DNA from: Pyrinomonadaceae bacterium
GTDB lineage: Bacteria > Acidobacteriota > Blastocatellia > Pyrinomonadales > Pyrinomonadaceae
NCBI GenBank assembly: GCA_035257465.1
Contig: DATEXA010000239.1
Location: 3,809 to 67,808 of the forward strand
Direction of reading: 5' to 3'
DNA length: 64,000 nucleotides
Both the position numbers and the translations under genes were made by a program. This document shows positions 48,311 to 58,905 of this stretch, in pieces. Under the pieces are notes generated by a model. It did not search any database. It saw only the letters and a list, made by a program, of their open reading frames with translations, and was not told the DNA's origin. The stretch's first letter is position 1, and the number at the start of each line of letters is the position of its first letter.

Positions 48311-48491
48311 TTCACGAGAGCAGAATGATCTCATCCTCAACCTTGCTCGCGTGTTGCACGTTAATGGCCAGACCACGGACCAAACACGGGTAGCAACCGA
48401 GCGGCTGGGAAGAAGTCTTGGTCTTCGTGCCTTGGTCAATCCTCATTGGGGTGAGATCGAACTTCAGTTAGAAAACTCAGGAACCAGCTGA
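48291..48491 (+). pseudogene. Orphan N-terminal fragment of a ThrE/YjjP-type (DUF1212) exporter
   Basis: 66-aa ORF. 'LILNLARVLHVNGQTTDQTRVATERLGRSLGLRALV' follows the DUF1212 N-terminal pattern, but the ORF stops before any TM segment. Confidence 0.4.
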
Positions 48492-48509
48492 AACTGAAAG
48501 GAGATAGTA

Positions 48510-49349
48510 ATGTCAACGATAACGACCAAAGACGGAACAGAGATCTATTACAAAGACTGGGGCGAGGGACAGCCAATAGTTTTCAGTCATGGATGGCCAC
48601 TCACTGCAGATGCCTGGGAAGCACAGATGCTTTTCTTTGGGCAGCAAGGCTATCGCGTCATTGCACATGATAGACGAGGGCATGGCCGTTCTACTCAGAC
48701 CTGGGATGGTAACGAGATGGACACCTACGCCGACGACCTAGCCACCCTGACGGAAAAGCTCGACCTAAAGAATGCAATCCATGTGGGCCATTCAACCGGT
48801 GGCGGAGAAGTTGCCCGTTACGTCGGGCGGCACGGCACGAACAGGGTCGCCATGGCCGTGCTCATCAGCGCAGTGCCTCCATTAATGTTGAAGACGCAGA
48901 ATAATCCCGCCGGCCTGCCTGTCTCGGTCTTCGACGAACTCCGGGCCCAGCTTGCGGCAAATCGGCCGCAGTTTTACAAAGACTTTACGCTGCCGTTCTA
49001 CGGCTACAATCGGCCCGGCGCCAAGATTTCGGAAGGCGTCCGTGAACACTGGTGGTTGCAGGGCATGATGGGAGGCATGAAGCCGCATTACGATTGCATC
49101 AAGGCCTTCTCTGAAACGGATTTTACTGAGGACCTTAAGAAGATTGATGTGCCAACCCTAATCATGCACGGCGACGATGATCAGATTGTGCCGATCGGTG
49201 CCGCTGGCCTGATGTCCGCGAAGATTGTAAAGAACGCTACGTTAAAGGTGTATCCGGGTTTTCCGCACGGGATGCCCACCACCAAAGCCGACCAGATCAA
49301 TGCAGACTTGTTAGCGTTCATCAAAGGCGAGAAGGCAGCGGCGGCCTAG
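48510..49349 (+). CDS. Alpha/beta hydrolase, non-heme chloroperoxidase / arylesterase-like
   Basis: AAAGGAGA Shine-Dalgarno. Motifs include '[27 protein letters not shown]', '[13 protein letters not shown]', the nucleophile elbow '[10 protein letters not shown]' and 'HGDDDQIVP'. Confidence 0.9.
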   Translation: MSTITTKDGTEIYYKDWGEGQPIVFSHGWPLTADAWEAQMLFFGQQGYRVIAHDRRGHGRSTQTWDGNEMDTYADDLATLTEKLDLKNAIHVGHSTGGGEVARYVGRHGTNRVAMAVLISAVPPLMLKTQNNPAGLPVSVFDELRAQLAANRPQFYKDFTLPFYGYNRPGAKISEGVREHWWLQGMMGGMKPHYDCIKAFSETDFTEDLKKIDVPTLIMHGDDDQIVPIGAAGLMSAKIVKNATLKVYPGFPHGMPTTKADQINADLLAFIKGEKAAAA

Positions 49350-49376
49350 TATTTTCCAAGCTGGGTTTGTTGAGCG

Positions 49377-49763
49377 GTGGCATGCGCATTACAGGAAATG
49401 ATTGGCCCACATAACCGAGCCTACTCATGCTGCAAGGATCATGAAGCTGAGCTCGAACTGTTAGCCTGGATAGATGAGGGCGCGCACGTAGCTTACAGGT
49501 TCTGGCGCGGAGGGTTGCCGCCACTTGGTGAAGTTTTGTCCACCGACCTGGGAATGAAGCCAGGTGATCACAGGGGCTTTGGCGTTCTGAGTCAAACTAA
49601 ACAAGGGGCTATTTTGCTGCTCGGTTCGACTGACGAACAACTCGAAGTAACCGGAGACGATAGACACGTAATCGAGTATTGCAAGGAGCCCAACGCTTAC
49701 AGACTACAAGTCCGAGAGTTGTTTTGGAGAACCTTACTTCAGCTAAGGAGAGAAGCGAGCTGA
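49377..49763 (+). CDS. Hypothetical protein (doubtful)
   Basis: 128-aa ORF with no recognisable motif and an unclear start. Confidence 0.3.
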   Translation: MACALQEMIGPHNRAYSCCKDHEAELELLAWIDEGAHVAYRFWRGGLPPLGEVLSTDLGMKPGDHRGFGVLSQTKQGAILLLGSTDEQLEVTGDDRHVIEYCKEPNAYRLQVRELFWRTLLQLRREAS

Positions 49764-49882
49764 ATCAATAACTGAAGGGTTTCTACGCCAGCGCGGTACC
49801 TGGTTGAATCGTGAGCAGCAAAAGTCGGGACTGAGCCATTCGTTCGCGGGCGCGTCTTCAAGGTCGGAATTGGGTTAATTCA

Positions 49883-51421
49883 TTACCGGTTCTCCACGTT
49901 CGTCGTGGGTGTTGGGACTGTCTCATGACCAGAGTTCAAGTCGAGAGGTAGCCGCACTTGAAAACAGGTATCGCCTGGCTTTGATTCAAAACGGATGTTG
50001 CCGCGGTGTTTTCTAACAATGCGCGCCACGGTATCCAGCCCAAGCCCGGTTCCCTCACCTACAGGCTTGGTCGTAAAAAATGGCTCGAAGATGCGTGACC
50101 TCAGATCTGGTGGTATTCCCGGGCCGTTGTCGCGTATTTCCACAAGAATGTCGGTCGGTTCTTTTTTCGTGCGCACCTTCAACGTCCCACCTTCGGACAT
50201 AGCGTCTACCGCATTAACGATCAGATTGGTCCAAACCTGATTAAGTTCGCTGCCATAAGCCTTGATGCGCGGCAACTCTTCGTCGTAATCACGCGTCACC
50301 ACGATGTTCTTCCTCTTTAACTTGTACTTCAAGATGAGGAGCGTACTGACCAGCGATTTGTTTAGGTCGACCTCCTGCACCGAGGCCTGGTCCATGTAGC
50401 TGTATTCCTTAATCGCGCCCACAAGTTCAGAGATGCGTGAAGTGGCGGCCTTAATCTCACTCGCCAGTTTTGCCGCCGCCAGTTGTGCGTTAACGCGGGC
50501 AACTACATCTGCAAATGCCTTTTCGTCCAGGCCAGCTGAAATTCGCTGCAGAGCTTCAGCATCAATGCCGGCCTCAACCAGGTTGCCCGAAAGTTTCCAG
50601 GGGTCAGCTACGCCATGGTCTTCAAGCCAGGACGCGACTAGATCTTCCCGGTCACTTTGTTCAAGGGAATTCAGCTGCCTCGTTGTTGCACTGTGTTCGA
50701 GTGCGGCGTTTTCGAAAGTACTGATTGCGTCCTCTTGTTCGACAGTCAGCTCATGCCGACATAGACGGAGATCTGCTGCTCGCAACTCCGCTAAGACCAG
50801 GATTAGATCGTTGGCCGCGCGGTTAGCTCCGGCGGCTGGATTATTCAGTTCGTGAGCCAGTCCGGCTGAGAGCTTGCCCAGGGCCATTAGCTTATCCTGC
50901 TGCTGATCGGCAGTGGTCGTCTCCCGCACACGATCACTCATGATACCGACCAGACGTTTGGCGAGAATCGGCATCCGCTGCAGCAACTCTGGAAACAGCT
51001 GGACGGGAAAGCGTAGTATGCGACTCGCCATTGCGGCCCGACCCGTAACAGTGAATTGCGTCATGCGTGAGAAAGGCAATACGCCGGTCACTTCACTCGC
51101 TGGATCGCCTGCTTTCGAAATATAGACGTATCCTTCGTGCGCGTTATCGTCCCGGTACGCGTGCATTTCTCCTTCAAGAAAAACTGCCATCCAATCAGGT
51201 GGGTCGCCTTTGCGGAAAAGAATGTCACCGGCTGCAAATCGCTCGTCGCGGACGTTCTCAGCAAACCATTTCAATTGATCATCGGGGAGATCAGAAAACA
51301 CATGGACGCGTCGCAGCGCCTCAACAAGGTCTGCCGGTGAACTGCTTGTTGCGGTTACTGACTCAACCACACCGGAGACTGGAACCGGCACACCCACGCC
51401 TTCTATTTTTGCGTCGACCAT
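49883..51421 (-). CDS. Histidine kinase with an N-terminal cyclic-nucleotide-binding-like domain
   Basis: cNMP-like 'FSDLPDDQLKWFAENVRDERFAAGDILFRKGDPPDWMAVFLEGEM' and the H-box 'LSAGLAHELNNP'. The HATPase part has 'WTNLIVNAVDAM', 'IRDNGPGIP' and 'GTGLGL'. Confidence 0.9.
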   Translation of the reverse strand: MVDAKIEGVGVPVPVSGVVESVTATSSSPADLVEALRRVHVFSDLPDDQLKWFAENVRDERFAAGDILFRKGDPPDWMAVFLEGEMHAYRDDNAHEGYVYISKAGDPASEVTGVLPFSRMTQFTVTGRAAMASRILRFPVQLFPELLQRMPILAKRLVGIMSDRVRETTTADQQQDKLMALGKLSAGLAHELNNPAAGANRAANDLILVLAELRAADLRLCRHELTVEQEDAISTFENAALEHSATTRQLNSLEQSDREDLVASWLEDHGVADPWKLSGNLVEAGIDAEALQRISAGLDEKAFADVVARVNAQLAAAKLASEIKAATSRISELVGAIKEYSYMDQASVQEVDLNKSLVSTLLILKYKLKRKNIVVTRDYDEELPRIKAYGSELNQVWTNLIVNAVDAMSEGGTLKVRTKKEPTDILVEIRDNGPGIPPDLRSRIFEPFFTTKPVGEGTGLGLDTVARIVRKHRGNIRFESKPGDTCFQVRLPLDLNSGHETVPTPTTNVENR

Positions 51422-51424
51422 AAG

Positions 51425-53155
51425 TCAGACCACCTTGCTGAGATATTGATGTACGAAGGAGATTGCAACTGAGCCTTCCCCCACTCCCGACGCAACTCGC
51501 TTGACCGAACCATGTCGCACATCGCCGACTACAAAAATACCTGGAACGTTTGTTTCCAACAGCCCTGGATCACGATCAACCTGCCAGCCTTTGGGCCGCT
51601 TCCCATCGCGCATCAAGTCAGGACCCGAAAGAATAAAGCCGCGCTCATCGCGTTCCACGATATCCGCAAGCCATTTCGTGTTTGGCGCAGCACCGATCAT
51701 GATGAACAGCGAATTGGCTGGTAGTTTGTTGATCTCGTTGCTTGGAGTGCAATGCACCGATATTGCCTCGAGATGATTTTCACCATGCGCCTCGACAACG
51801 GACGAGTTGAATTCGATTTGAACGTTCTTAGTCTCTTTTAGTTGATCGATTAGGTATTGCGACATTGACGCTGCAAGTGAAGAGCCTCGTACCAACATCA
51901 CCACTCGTCGCGCATACTTCGAGAAGTACATGGCAGCCTGGCCCGCGCTATTCGCGCCACCAACAATGAACACATCTTCGTCTCTCGTCAGCATTGCTTC
52001 AGTCATAGCGGCGCCGTAGTAGATGCCCGCGCCGGTGAGACGCTCTACTCCTGGAGCGTCGAGCTTGCGCCACTGTACACCGGTCGCGACCAACAAGGCG
52101 TGACAACTGAGTTCCGCTCCGTCGCCGAGTTTTAATAAACGGTACGGACCATCAAGGCGGATAGCAGTCGCTTCAGCGGAAAGTATCTCCACACCAAACC
52201 TGCGGGCCTGAACTACAGCGCGTCGCGCCAGGTCGCCACCGCTGAGTCCGCTTGGAAATCCAAGGTAGTTCTCGATGCGACTAGACATGCCTGCCTGTCC
52301 GCCAGGGGCTTCGCGTTCGATCATGACCGTTCTTAAACCCTCGCTCGCTCCGTAAACAGCAGCCGCGAGTCCTGCCGGGCCGCCACCCACAATTGCGAGA
52401 TCATAAAATGTCTCTGCCGCTTTGGTTTTGAGACCAACCTGTTCGGCTAGTTCACCTGTAGTGGGCTGATGCAACCGGACACCGTTAGGAAAGATCACGA
52501 GCGGCAAGTCTCTTTTTTCTTTCTCCTCAAGTAGATCCACAACGCTTTTAACGCCGGCATCTGTTTCCGAGGTCTCTATGTCGAGCCATTGATATGGAAC
52601 ATGATTGCGGGCGAGAAAGTCTTTTATGTTGTGCGATGCAGGAGACCAGCGGTTGCCTACCACACTAATGCCTTCAAATTGAGGAGGAAATTCCGCCTGC
52701 CAATCCTCGAGTAGTTCGTCCAGGACTGGATAGAGATTTTCCTCAGGCGGATCCCAGGGCTTTAGTAGATAGTGATTGATGCCGGCCTCATTGATTGCTG
52801 CGATCGCGGCGTCAGTGTCCGCGTAAGCGGTTAACAGAACTCGCTTGGCATCGGGATAAAGTTTTATCGCTTGCTCCAGGAACTCCACACCCGACAAGCC
52901 GGGCATTCTTTGATCAACCAGGAAAAGTGCAAGCGCATTGTTCCTTACCTTTAATTCCTGAACAATTTCCAAGGCAGCCGGGCCTGACTCGGCTCGCAGC
53001 ACGCGATAGTCACGTGCATATTTGCGTCGCAGATCGCGCTCAATTGCGCGTAAGACCTCGTGGTCGTCGTCGACCGTCAGTAATACTGGTTTAGCCATAC
53101 TTATTGTCGGTAATAATCCGTCAACTGCTACTTTATTATGATTCCCCGTCATCAC
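51425..53155 (-). CDS. Response-regulator receiver fused to a thioredoxin-reductase-like FAD/NAD(P) oxidoreductase
   Basis: Receiver motifs are 'VLLTVDDD', 'LFLVDQRMPGLSG' and 'LLKPW'. The FAD motif is 'LAIVGGGPAGLAAAVYG' and the NAD(P) motif is 'IVGGANSAGQAA', followed by 'GIFVVGDVR'. The TrxB CxxC position reads 'YYGAAMTE'. The start is either 53155 or 53098. Confidence 0.9.
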   Translation of the reverse strand: MMTGNHNKVAVDGLLPTISMAKPVLLTVDDDHEVLRAIERDLRRKYARDYRVLRAESGPAALEIVQELKVRNNALALFLVDQRMPGLSGVEFLEQAIKLYPDAKRVLLTAYADTDAAIAAINEAGINHYLLKPWDPPEENLYPVLDELLEDWQAEFPPQFEGISVVGNRWSPASHNIKDFLARNHVPYQWLDIETSETDAGVKSVVDLLEEKEKRDLPLVIFPNGVRLHQPTTGELAEQVGLKTKAAETFYDLAIVGGGPAGLAAAVYGASEGLRTVMIEREAPGGQAGMSSRIENYLGFPSGLSGGDLARRAVVQARRFGVEILSAEATAIRLDGPYRLLKLGDGAELSCHALLVATGVQWRKLDAPGVERLTGAGIYYGAAMTEAMLTRDEDVFIVGGANSAGQAAMYFSKYARRVVMLVRGSSLAASMSQYLIDQLKETKNVQIEFNSSVVEAHGENHLEAISVHCTPSNEINKLPANSLFIMIGAAPNTKWLADIVERDERGFILSGPDLMRDGKRPKGWQVDRDPGLLETNVPGIFVVGDVRHGSVKRVASGVGEGSVAISFVHQYLSKVV

Positions 53156-53264
53156 ACACTCTTACCATAGAGCTTTTGGAAACCAAAATTGCCACAGTCT
53201 CAGTTGCCTGCGAGATCAATTTCTCAGCCATCTTTTCAAGTCATCAGCGCTACTTCACTGTTGC

Positions 53265-53293
53265 TTGACAGGGTCTGAAGGTTTCCATAGATT
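53265..53293 (+). promoter_or_regulatory. Sigma-70-like promoter candidate
   Basis: TTGACA, a 17-nt spacer, then TAGATT, ending 9 nt before the ATG at 53303. This would give a nearly leaderless transcript. Confidence 0.3.
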
Positions 53294-53302
53294 GGGTGAG
53301 GT

Positions 53303-53695
53303 ATGGTATTTCGCTTAGCATCATTGGCGCTGGTCCTCATGATTGGCGGTAGCGTGTTCGCTGGCATTCCTCTGCATTCAAGTGAACAAGAATGCAGCAT
53401 GCCCGAAATGGCGGGTATGGATTGCTGTAAGAAGGCAGCCCAGGCTAAGAGGCTTTCGCCGGAAGTTTCAATCGCGCTTTTGTGCTGCGCTATCAATTGT
53501 TCCCAGAGTGGGACGACCTCCTCGACCGAGTCACGAGTTCCGCGTCCGTCAACGAGTCAAGTCATACCCGTTCATCGGTCAGCTATCCAACCGCCGGTTG
53601 GGTTGTCACATTTATCTCCTCGTTCACGTAGTTGGGCAGATAGTCCTCCGTATTCCAATCCCGCTTACATTCGACACCTCGCTCTTCTGATCTAG
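53303..53695 (+). CDS. Small secreted/membrane Cys- and Met-rich protein heading the second metal-efflux operon
   Basis: Signal-like 'LASLALVLMIGGSVFAG', then 'HSSEQECSMPEMAGMDCCKKAA...LLCCAINC' with six Cys in 40 residues. The overlapping ORF 53343-53690 is Arg-rich off-frame junk. Confidence 0.55.
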   Translation: MVFRLASLALVLMIGGSVFAGIPLHSSEQECSMPEMAGMDCCKKAAQAKRLSPEVSIALLCCAINCSQSGTTSSTESRVPRPSTSQVIPVHRSAIQPPVGLSHLSPRSRSWADSPPYSNPAYIRHLALLI

Positions 53696-53807
53696 AGACT
53701 CCAAGGCATTAGTGTGTCTTCTTGTCGCTGTGCTCTTTAGGGAACAGCGCGGTTGCGCGTCTTTAAGAGACGTGCGCTGGCTTCTATTTCATAAGAAGGT
53801 CGAAATC

Positions 53808-54230
53808 ATGTCCAAATACTTTCTCGCGTTCAGTCTTCTCGCGCTTTTAGTGTTCGTTGCCGCGTGTGGTTCCAAGACTTCATCGGTTGATACTGGCAAG
53901 GTTATCAAGAGTGCGCCGATCGGAAATCTAACCCTCACTTTGTCGAGTCCTTCAGGCCAGATCAAGCATGGCGGGGATGAGTTCTTCATCACCTTCAAAG
54001 ATTCATCAGGCAAGCCAGTTGATGTTGGCGCTGCAGCGTTGACGTTTCACATGCCGCAGATGGGTTCGATGGCGCAGATGAATGATCAGGCCGCGCTAAC
54101 CACAACCGATACGCCCGGTGCCTATCGTGCAAAGGCCAACATTGAGATGGCCGGCGAGTGGCAAGCGCAAGTTTCTTTTGAAGGACCCGTTGGAAAAGGG
54201 CAGACCTCTTTCTTCGTAACTGCTCAGTAG
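53808..54230 (+). CDS. FixH/YtkA-like lipoprotein with a Met-rich motif
   Basis: GAAGG Shine-Dalgarno and the lipobox 'LVFVAAC'. 'FFITFKDSSGKPVDVGAAALTFHMPQMGSMAQM...GAYRAKANIEMAGEWQAQVSF' follows the YtkA/FixH-domain pattern. Confidence 0.7.
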   Translation: MSKYFLAFSLLALLVFVAACGSKTSSVDTGKVIKSAPIGNLTLTLSSPSGQIKHGGDEFFITFKDSSGKPVDVGAAALTFHMPQMGSMAQMNDQAALTTTDTPGAYRAKANIEMAGEWQAQVSFEGPVGKGQTSFFVTAQ

Positions 54231-54284
54231 CGTTCTCAGTGATGGACCGCGGAGATCTGCGGACCACTGAGAGGAGAATACTGC

Positions 54285-57200
54285 ATGATTCACAGGCTCA
54301 TCGAGATGAGTTTGCGTAATCGCGGACTCGTCATAGTCTTTTATCTTGGTATCGCGCTGTGGGGCTATTGGGCGCTAACACGCACTCAAATCGACGCGAT
54401 ACCCGATCTCTCAGAGAACCAGGTCATTGTCTTCACCGACTGGACCGGCCGCTCGCCACAAGAGGTCGAAGATCAAGTCACCTATCCCCTCGTCACCAAT
54501 TTGCAAGGTTTGGCCGGCGTTCGCGTGGTTCGTGCAAGTTCAGCATTCGGGTTCTCGATGATCAACGTGATCTTTGAGGACAACATCGATCTTTATTTCG
54601 CACGAACTCGCGTCCTCGAACGGTTGAATCTGGTTACGAAGCAACTGCCTGAAGGCGTCGTCCCCACACTTGGCCCAGACGCAACAGGAGTTGGCCAGGT
54701 GTTCTGGTACACACTCGAATCAGACCAGGTGAATCCTCGCGACTTGCGCACTTTGCAAGACTGGTTTGTGCGGTATCAGTTGAACTCGGTACCCGGCGTA
54801 GCGGAAGTAGCATCAGTAGGTGGGTATGTACAGCAGTATCAGATCGATGTTGATCCGAACAAACTCCGGGCCTACAACCTCCCTCTCTCCACAATTGTCG
54901 AGGCAGTTCAACGTTCGAATAACAACGTCGGTGGAAATGTTGTTGAGCAGGCGGGTCAATGGGCCGTCGTCCGCGGGATTGGACTGATCCAGTCAACTGA
55001 CGACGTTGCCAATATCGTTATCGGTTCAGCGAATGGCACGGCGATCTATGTGCGTAACGTCGCGGACGTGAAGATTGGCAATGCGTTTCGCACCGGTGTG
55101 CTCGACAAGAATGGCAGAGAGGCTGTTGGCGGAGTCGTTATTGCTCGCTATGGTGTCAACACTCTCGATGTAATTCAAAGCGTGAAGCAAAGGATTGAGG
55201 CGATACAGTCTGGCTTACCGAAGGGAGTACAGATTGTTCCCTTCTACGATCGCACTCAACTCATTCAACGAGCTACTCACACTCTCAAACGTGCACTAAT
55301 CGAAGAACTAATTCTTGTGACGCTGGCGCACATCATTTTCCTCGCACACTTCCGCTCGATCTTGATCGTCACTATTCCGTTGCCGTTAGCGGTGCTCACG
55401 TCTTTCCTGTTCATGTACTACATGGGCATCGGTTCGAACCTGATGTCACTTGCCGGGATCGCGATTGCCATTGGCGTTCTAGTCGATGCTGGAATTGTAG
55501 TCACTGAAAACGCCTTTCGGTTCCTGGAAAAGCGAAAGGTAGATCCCAAAGACCGCAAGAAGGTTTGGGAAACGGTGAGAGACTCTACTAAGTTGGTCGG
55601 CCGACCTGTGTTCTTCTCGATGGCGATCATTATCCTGGCTTTCATTCCTGTGTTCTCTCTCACAGGTCAGGAAGGAAAACTGTTTCACCCCCTCGCCTTC
55701 ACAAAAACCTTCGCGATGTTTGGCGCAACAATCATCGCCGTCACCCTCGTGCCAGTGCTCTGCACTTATCTCCTGGGCGGGAAGTTTCACTCTGAACAAT
55801 CGAATCCCGTGATGCGTTTTCTGCACGCGATCTACCGTCCAGTAATTCAGCTGGCTTTGCGTCATCGGCTCATCACCGTGTCAATCGCATTACTCCTGTT
55901 CACCGGCGCGATCATTCTGGCGACCGGAATCGGCAAGGAGTTCATGCCTCCGCTCAATGAAGGCGACGTCATGTACATGCCGATAACCGATCCGGCTATT
56001 TCAATAGACGAAGCCCTGCGCATTCTGAGTAAGCAGGACGAGATCTTAAAGAGCTTTCCGGAAGTCGAATGGAGCGTTGGCAAGGCAGGACGCGCGGATA
56101 CCTCAACCGATCCTGCTCCGGTGAACATGAACGAAACGATCGTTCACTTGAAACCTGCCGAACAATGGCGAGCTGGGATGACGCGCGAGAAGCTCATCTC
56201 TGAGATGAATGAAAAGCTGACCTTGCCGGGCGTAACCAACATTTGGACGCAGCCGATCCAAAACCGCATCGACATGCTTTCTACAGGAATTCGCTCGCAA
56301 GTGGGTCTAAAGATCTTTGGCAATGACTTGAAAGAGCTCGAAGAGCTTTCAAGGCAAGTCGCTGAAGTGGTGAAGACGGTTCCAGGCGCGGTTGATGTTT
56401 ACCCGGAACAGATCAGCGGAGCTCCTTACATCGACATTCATATTAACCGGCCGGCCGCGGCGCGATACGGCATCAACGTCGGCACTATCGAGGATGTGAT
56501 CGAAAAAGGAATCGGGGAGACGAACCTAGCGGTCACGATCGAAGGCCGTCGCCGCTTTCCGGTCCGCGTTCGTTATGCCCAAGAGTATCGCAGCAGCCCC
56601 GCTGCCCTTGGTGAGGTCCCCGTTGCTTCACCGTCAGGTGCCTTCATTCCTCTGGCGCAGCTCGCAGAGATTCGTACCGTCGAAGGACCCACAATGATTT
56701 CCAGCGAGAATGGATTGCTGCGCGGAACTGTATTGCTCAATGTGCGTGGTCGAGATGTCGGCAGCTTCGTTGATGAGGCAAAGCCGAAGCTGGCGAGCCA
56801 GGTGCAACTACCTGCCGGTTACTACATGGACTGGAGCGGTCAATATGAAAACCAACAGCGCGCTCGTCAACGCCTGATGATCGTGATTCCAATCGTACTG
56901 GTAATCATATTTGGTCTGCTGTACATGACCTATCACTCAGTCCTGGAAGCAGCTCACGTATTGCTGGCAGTGCCCTTCGCCTTGACCGGCGGCGTTTATT
57001 TGCTTTGGGCACTTGGATACAACTTTTCCGTCGCTGTTTGGGTCGGCTTCATCGCGCTCTTCGGCACTGCCGTACAAACCGGCGTGGTTATGGTGATCTA
57101 TCTCGAGGAAGCGGTTGAACGAAAGCGGCAGGAGGTTGGCAGTCTCACGCGCAAGACATTGATGGAGGCAGTTATAGAGGGCGCACTACTTCGTCTGCGA

Positions 57201-57497
57201 CCAAAGGTTATGACCGTCTCGACAGTTGTGGCCGGTTTGCTTCCAATCATGTGGAGCACCAGCTCAGGTTCGGAAGTGATGAAGCCACTTGCTACACCAG
57301 TTCTTGGTGGCATGGTTTCGAGCCTTCTGCACGTGCTGATCGTTACCCCAGTGATCTTCTTCTGGCTACGCGAACGTCAGCTAAACAAGCAAGAAGTCGC
57401 GACTGGTGAATTCAGTTATGAGACAAGCGGTTCGTTGTCAGACACACATCCAGTATTGCGGTCTGACGTTGAGAAAGAAGGCAGTAGTCATGAATAA
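54285..57497 (+). CDS. CusA/CzcA-family heavy-metal efflux RND permease (second copy)
   Basis: GAGGAG Shine-Dalgarno, 1070 aa and the TM4 motif '[25 protein letters not shown]'. Confidence 0.93.
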   Translation: MIHRLIEMSLRNRGLVIVFYLGIALWGYWALTRTQIDAIPDLSENQVIVFTDWTGRSPQEVEDQVTYPLVTNLQGLAGVRVVRASSAFGFSMINVIFEDNIDLYFARTRVLERLNLVTKQLPEGVVPTLGPDATGVGQVFWYTLESDQVNPRDLRTLQDWFVRYQLNSVPGVAEVASVGGYVQQYQIDVDPNKLRAYNLPLSTIVEAVQRSNNNVGGNVVEQAGQWAVVRGIGLIQSTDDVANIVIGSANGTAIYVRNVADVKIGNAFRTGVLDKNGREAVGGVVIARYGVNTLDVIQSVKQRIEAIQSGLPKGVQIVPFYDRTQLIQRATHTLKRALIEELILVTLAHIIFLAHFRSILIVTIPLPLAVLTSFLFMYYMGIGSNLMSLAGIAIAIGVLVDAGIVVTENAFRFLEKRKVDPKDRKKVWETVRDSTKLVGRPVFFSMAIIILAFIPVFSLTGQEGKLFHPLAFTKTFAMFGATIIAVTLVPVLCTYLLGGKFHSEQSNPVMRFLHAIYRPVIQLALRHRLITVSIALLLFTGAIILATGIGKEFMPPLNEGDVMYMPITDPAISIDEALRILSKQDEILKSFPEVEWSVGKAGRADTSTDPAPVNMNETIVHLKPAEQWRAGMTREKLISEMNEKLTLPGVTNIWTQPIQNRIDMLSTGIRSQVGLKIFGNDLKELEELSRQVAEVVKTVPGAVDVYPEQISGAPYIDIHINRPAAARYGINVGTIEDVIEKGIGETNLAVTIEGRRRFPVRVRYAQEYRSSPAALGEVPVASPSGAFIPLAQLAEIRTVEGPTMISSENGLLRGTVLLNVRGRDVGSFVDEAKPKLASQVQLPAGYYMDWSGQYENQQRARQRLMIVIPIVLVIIFGLLYMTYHSVLEAAHVLLAVPFALTGGVYLLWALGYNFSVAVWVGFIALFGTAVQTGVVMVIYLEEAVERKRQEVGSLTRKTLMEAVIEGALLRLRPKVMTVSTVVAGLLPIMWSTSSGSEVMKPLATPVLGGMVSSLLHVLIVTPVIFFWLRERQLNKQEVATGEFSYETSGSLSDTHPVLRSDVEKEGSSHE

Positions 57498-58905
57498 ACT
57501 CCACATTTTACGAGTCAGTTTAGTAAGCATTTTAGTATCGGCTCAGGTTGTAGGCGCGGTGGCTGTGTTGGCTCAATCGAACACGGTGAGTGTGGAAAAG
57601 AATTTCACTCCAATAACCGTGAACCCTTCGTTAGCTCCAAGCTCCGCGGTAGCAAGATACACCGATCCACAGACGGGTCTAACAGTCGATCAGTCTGTCA
57701 CCTATGCGCTTGAACACAACGGAGAATTGTTGGCAGCGCGGAAAGAGATTGACGCCGCAACCGCGCTCGTCAGGCAAGCATCATTGCAAGCCAATCCGAA
57801 GCTGGACGCTAGCGTCTCAAAGACGATCAGGGGCACGGACAATAACGTAACGATTAACGGGATGCTGCCATTGGAACTCGGCGGACGACGTCCCGCGCGC
57901 ATTAGGGTCGCCGAACGCGAAGTCGAAATGCGGAAGCAGGATGTTGCAAATCGAGAACGGATGCTGGCTGCAGAAGTGCGCACCAAGTTTGGCGAAGCAC
58001 TCGCTGCCATTCTCAAGCTCGGTTTCGATGAAGATCTCATTGCCACGAGCCAGGGCGGATACAACCTGGTCGCTGCGCGAGTTACTGAAGGAGGCACGGC
58101 TCCCTTAGAACAGAACATGGTGTTGGTTGAACTCAATCGATTGCGTTCGATCCGCGAAACAGCTGAAGGCAAGACTCAAATAGAAATGCTCGCGCTGCGA
58201 AATCTGATCGGCATGACCCCTGACGAGCCGCTGCGACTGCGTGGCGACTTCAACGATGTAATCACTCCGCTGTCATCCGTTGCGGAAGCTACTGAGCGAG
58301 CCCTATCCGAGCGACCGGATCTGAAACTGGCGAAAGCCGCTGAAAGTTTCGCAGAAGCTCGCATTGAACAAGCGCGTGCTCAGGGCAAGCTGGATGCCAA
58401 CTTAACCGCCGGCTACCAAAGAATGGATTCGAGCTTCCCGCTCAACGGCATCAACGATGCTGGAGGGCTAAGTCCAATTCGTAGCACCTTCCATTACTTC
58501 ACAGTTGGCGTTTCTCTTGACTTACCCGTGCGGAATAAGAACCAGGGAACGATCGAAGCGGCTATCGCAGAAGCGGAAGGGGCAAAGCGCCGGCGTGAAT
58601 TTCTCGAACTCACCGTAAGACGAGAAGTGGCTTCGGCTTATGCACAGTACAACAGCGCGGCGCGAGCCGCAGAAATCTTTCGTGTGGGCGTTAAGGATCA
58701 AGCGAACGCAAATCTCGATGTTGTCAGGCAGACTTACGAATTGGGGTCTAAGACACTGATTGACTACCTGGGCGAGCAACGACGCTTCATCGACTTGCAG
58801 AACGGATACATCGATACCCTGCTTGATACGTACAAGGCACATGTGGAGATAGAGCGTGCGACAGCTACATCAATCCTAACCAGACAGCAGGTGACACAGA
58901 GATGA
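57490..58905 (+). CDS. TolC-family outer-membrane efflux protein (CzcC/CusC-like)
   Basis: The ATG overlaps the permease stop as ATGAATAA. It has the signal peptide '[19 protein letters not shown]' and two TolC repeats. Confidence 0.88.
   Translation: MNKLHILRVSLVSILVSAQVVGAVAVLAQSNTVSVEKNFTPITVNPSLAPSSAVARYTDPQTGLTVDQSVTYALEHNGELLAARKEIDAATALVRQASLQANPKLDASVSKTIRGTDNNVTINGMLPLELGGRRPARIRVAEREVEMRKQDVANRERMLAAEVRTKFGEALAAILKLGFDEDLIATSQGGYNLVAARVTEGGTAPLEQNMVLVELNRLRSIRETAEGKTQIEMLALRNLIGMTPDEPLRLRGDFNDVITPLSSVAEATERALSERPDLKLAKAAESFAEARIEQARAQGKLDANLTAGYQRMDSSFPLNGINDAGGLSPIRSTFHYFTVGVSLDLPVRNKNQGTIEAAIAEAEGAKRRREFLELTVRREVASAYAQYNSAARAAEIFRVGVKDQANANLDVVRQTYELGSKTLIDYLGEQRRFIDLQNGYIDTLLDTYKAHVEIERATATSILTRQQVTQR

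Noticed and set aside
48065-48439. 124-aa minus-strand ORF in the dps-hydrolase gap.
   Set aside because: Its composition is Arg/Cys/Ser-rich with no motif. The plus strand of the same region carries recognisable fumarase and ThrE fragments, so this ORF is their shadow.
53176-53193. Sigma-54-like motif TTGGAAACCAAAATTGCC upstream of the second metal operon.
   Set aside because: The spacing between GG and TTGC is one nucleotide too long, and the -24 half is poor. A sigma-70-like TTGACA-17-TAGATT lies closer to the gene.
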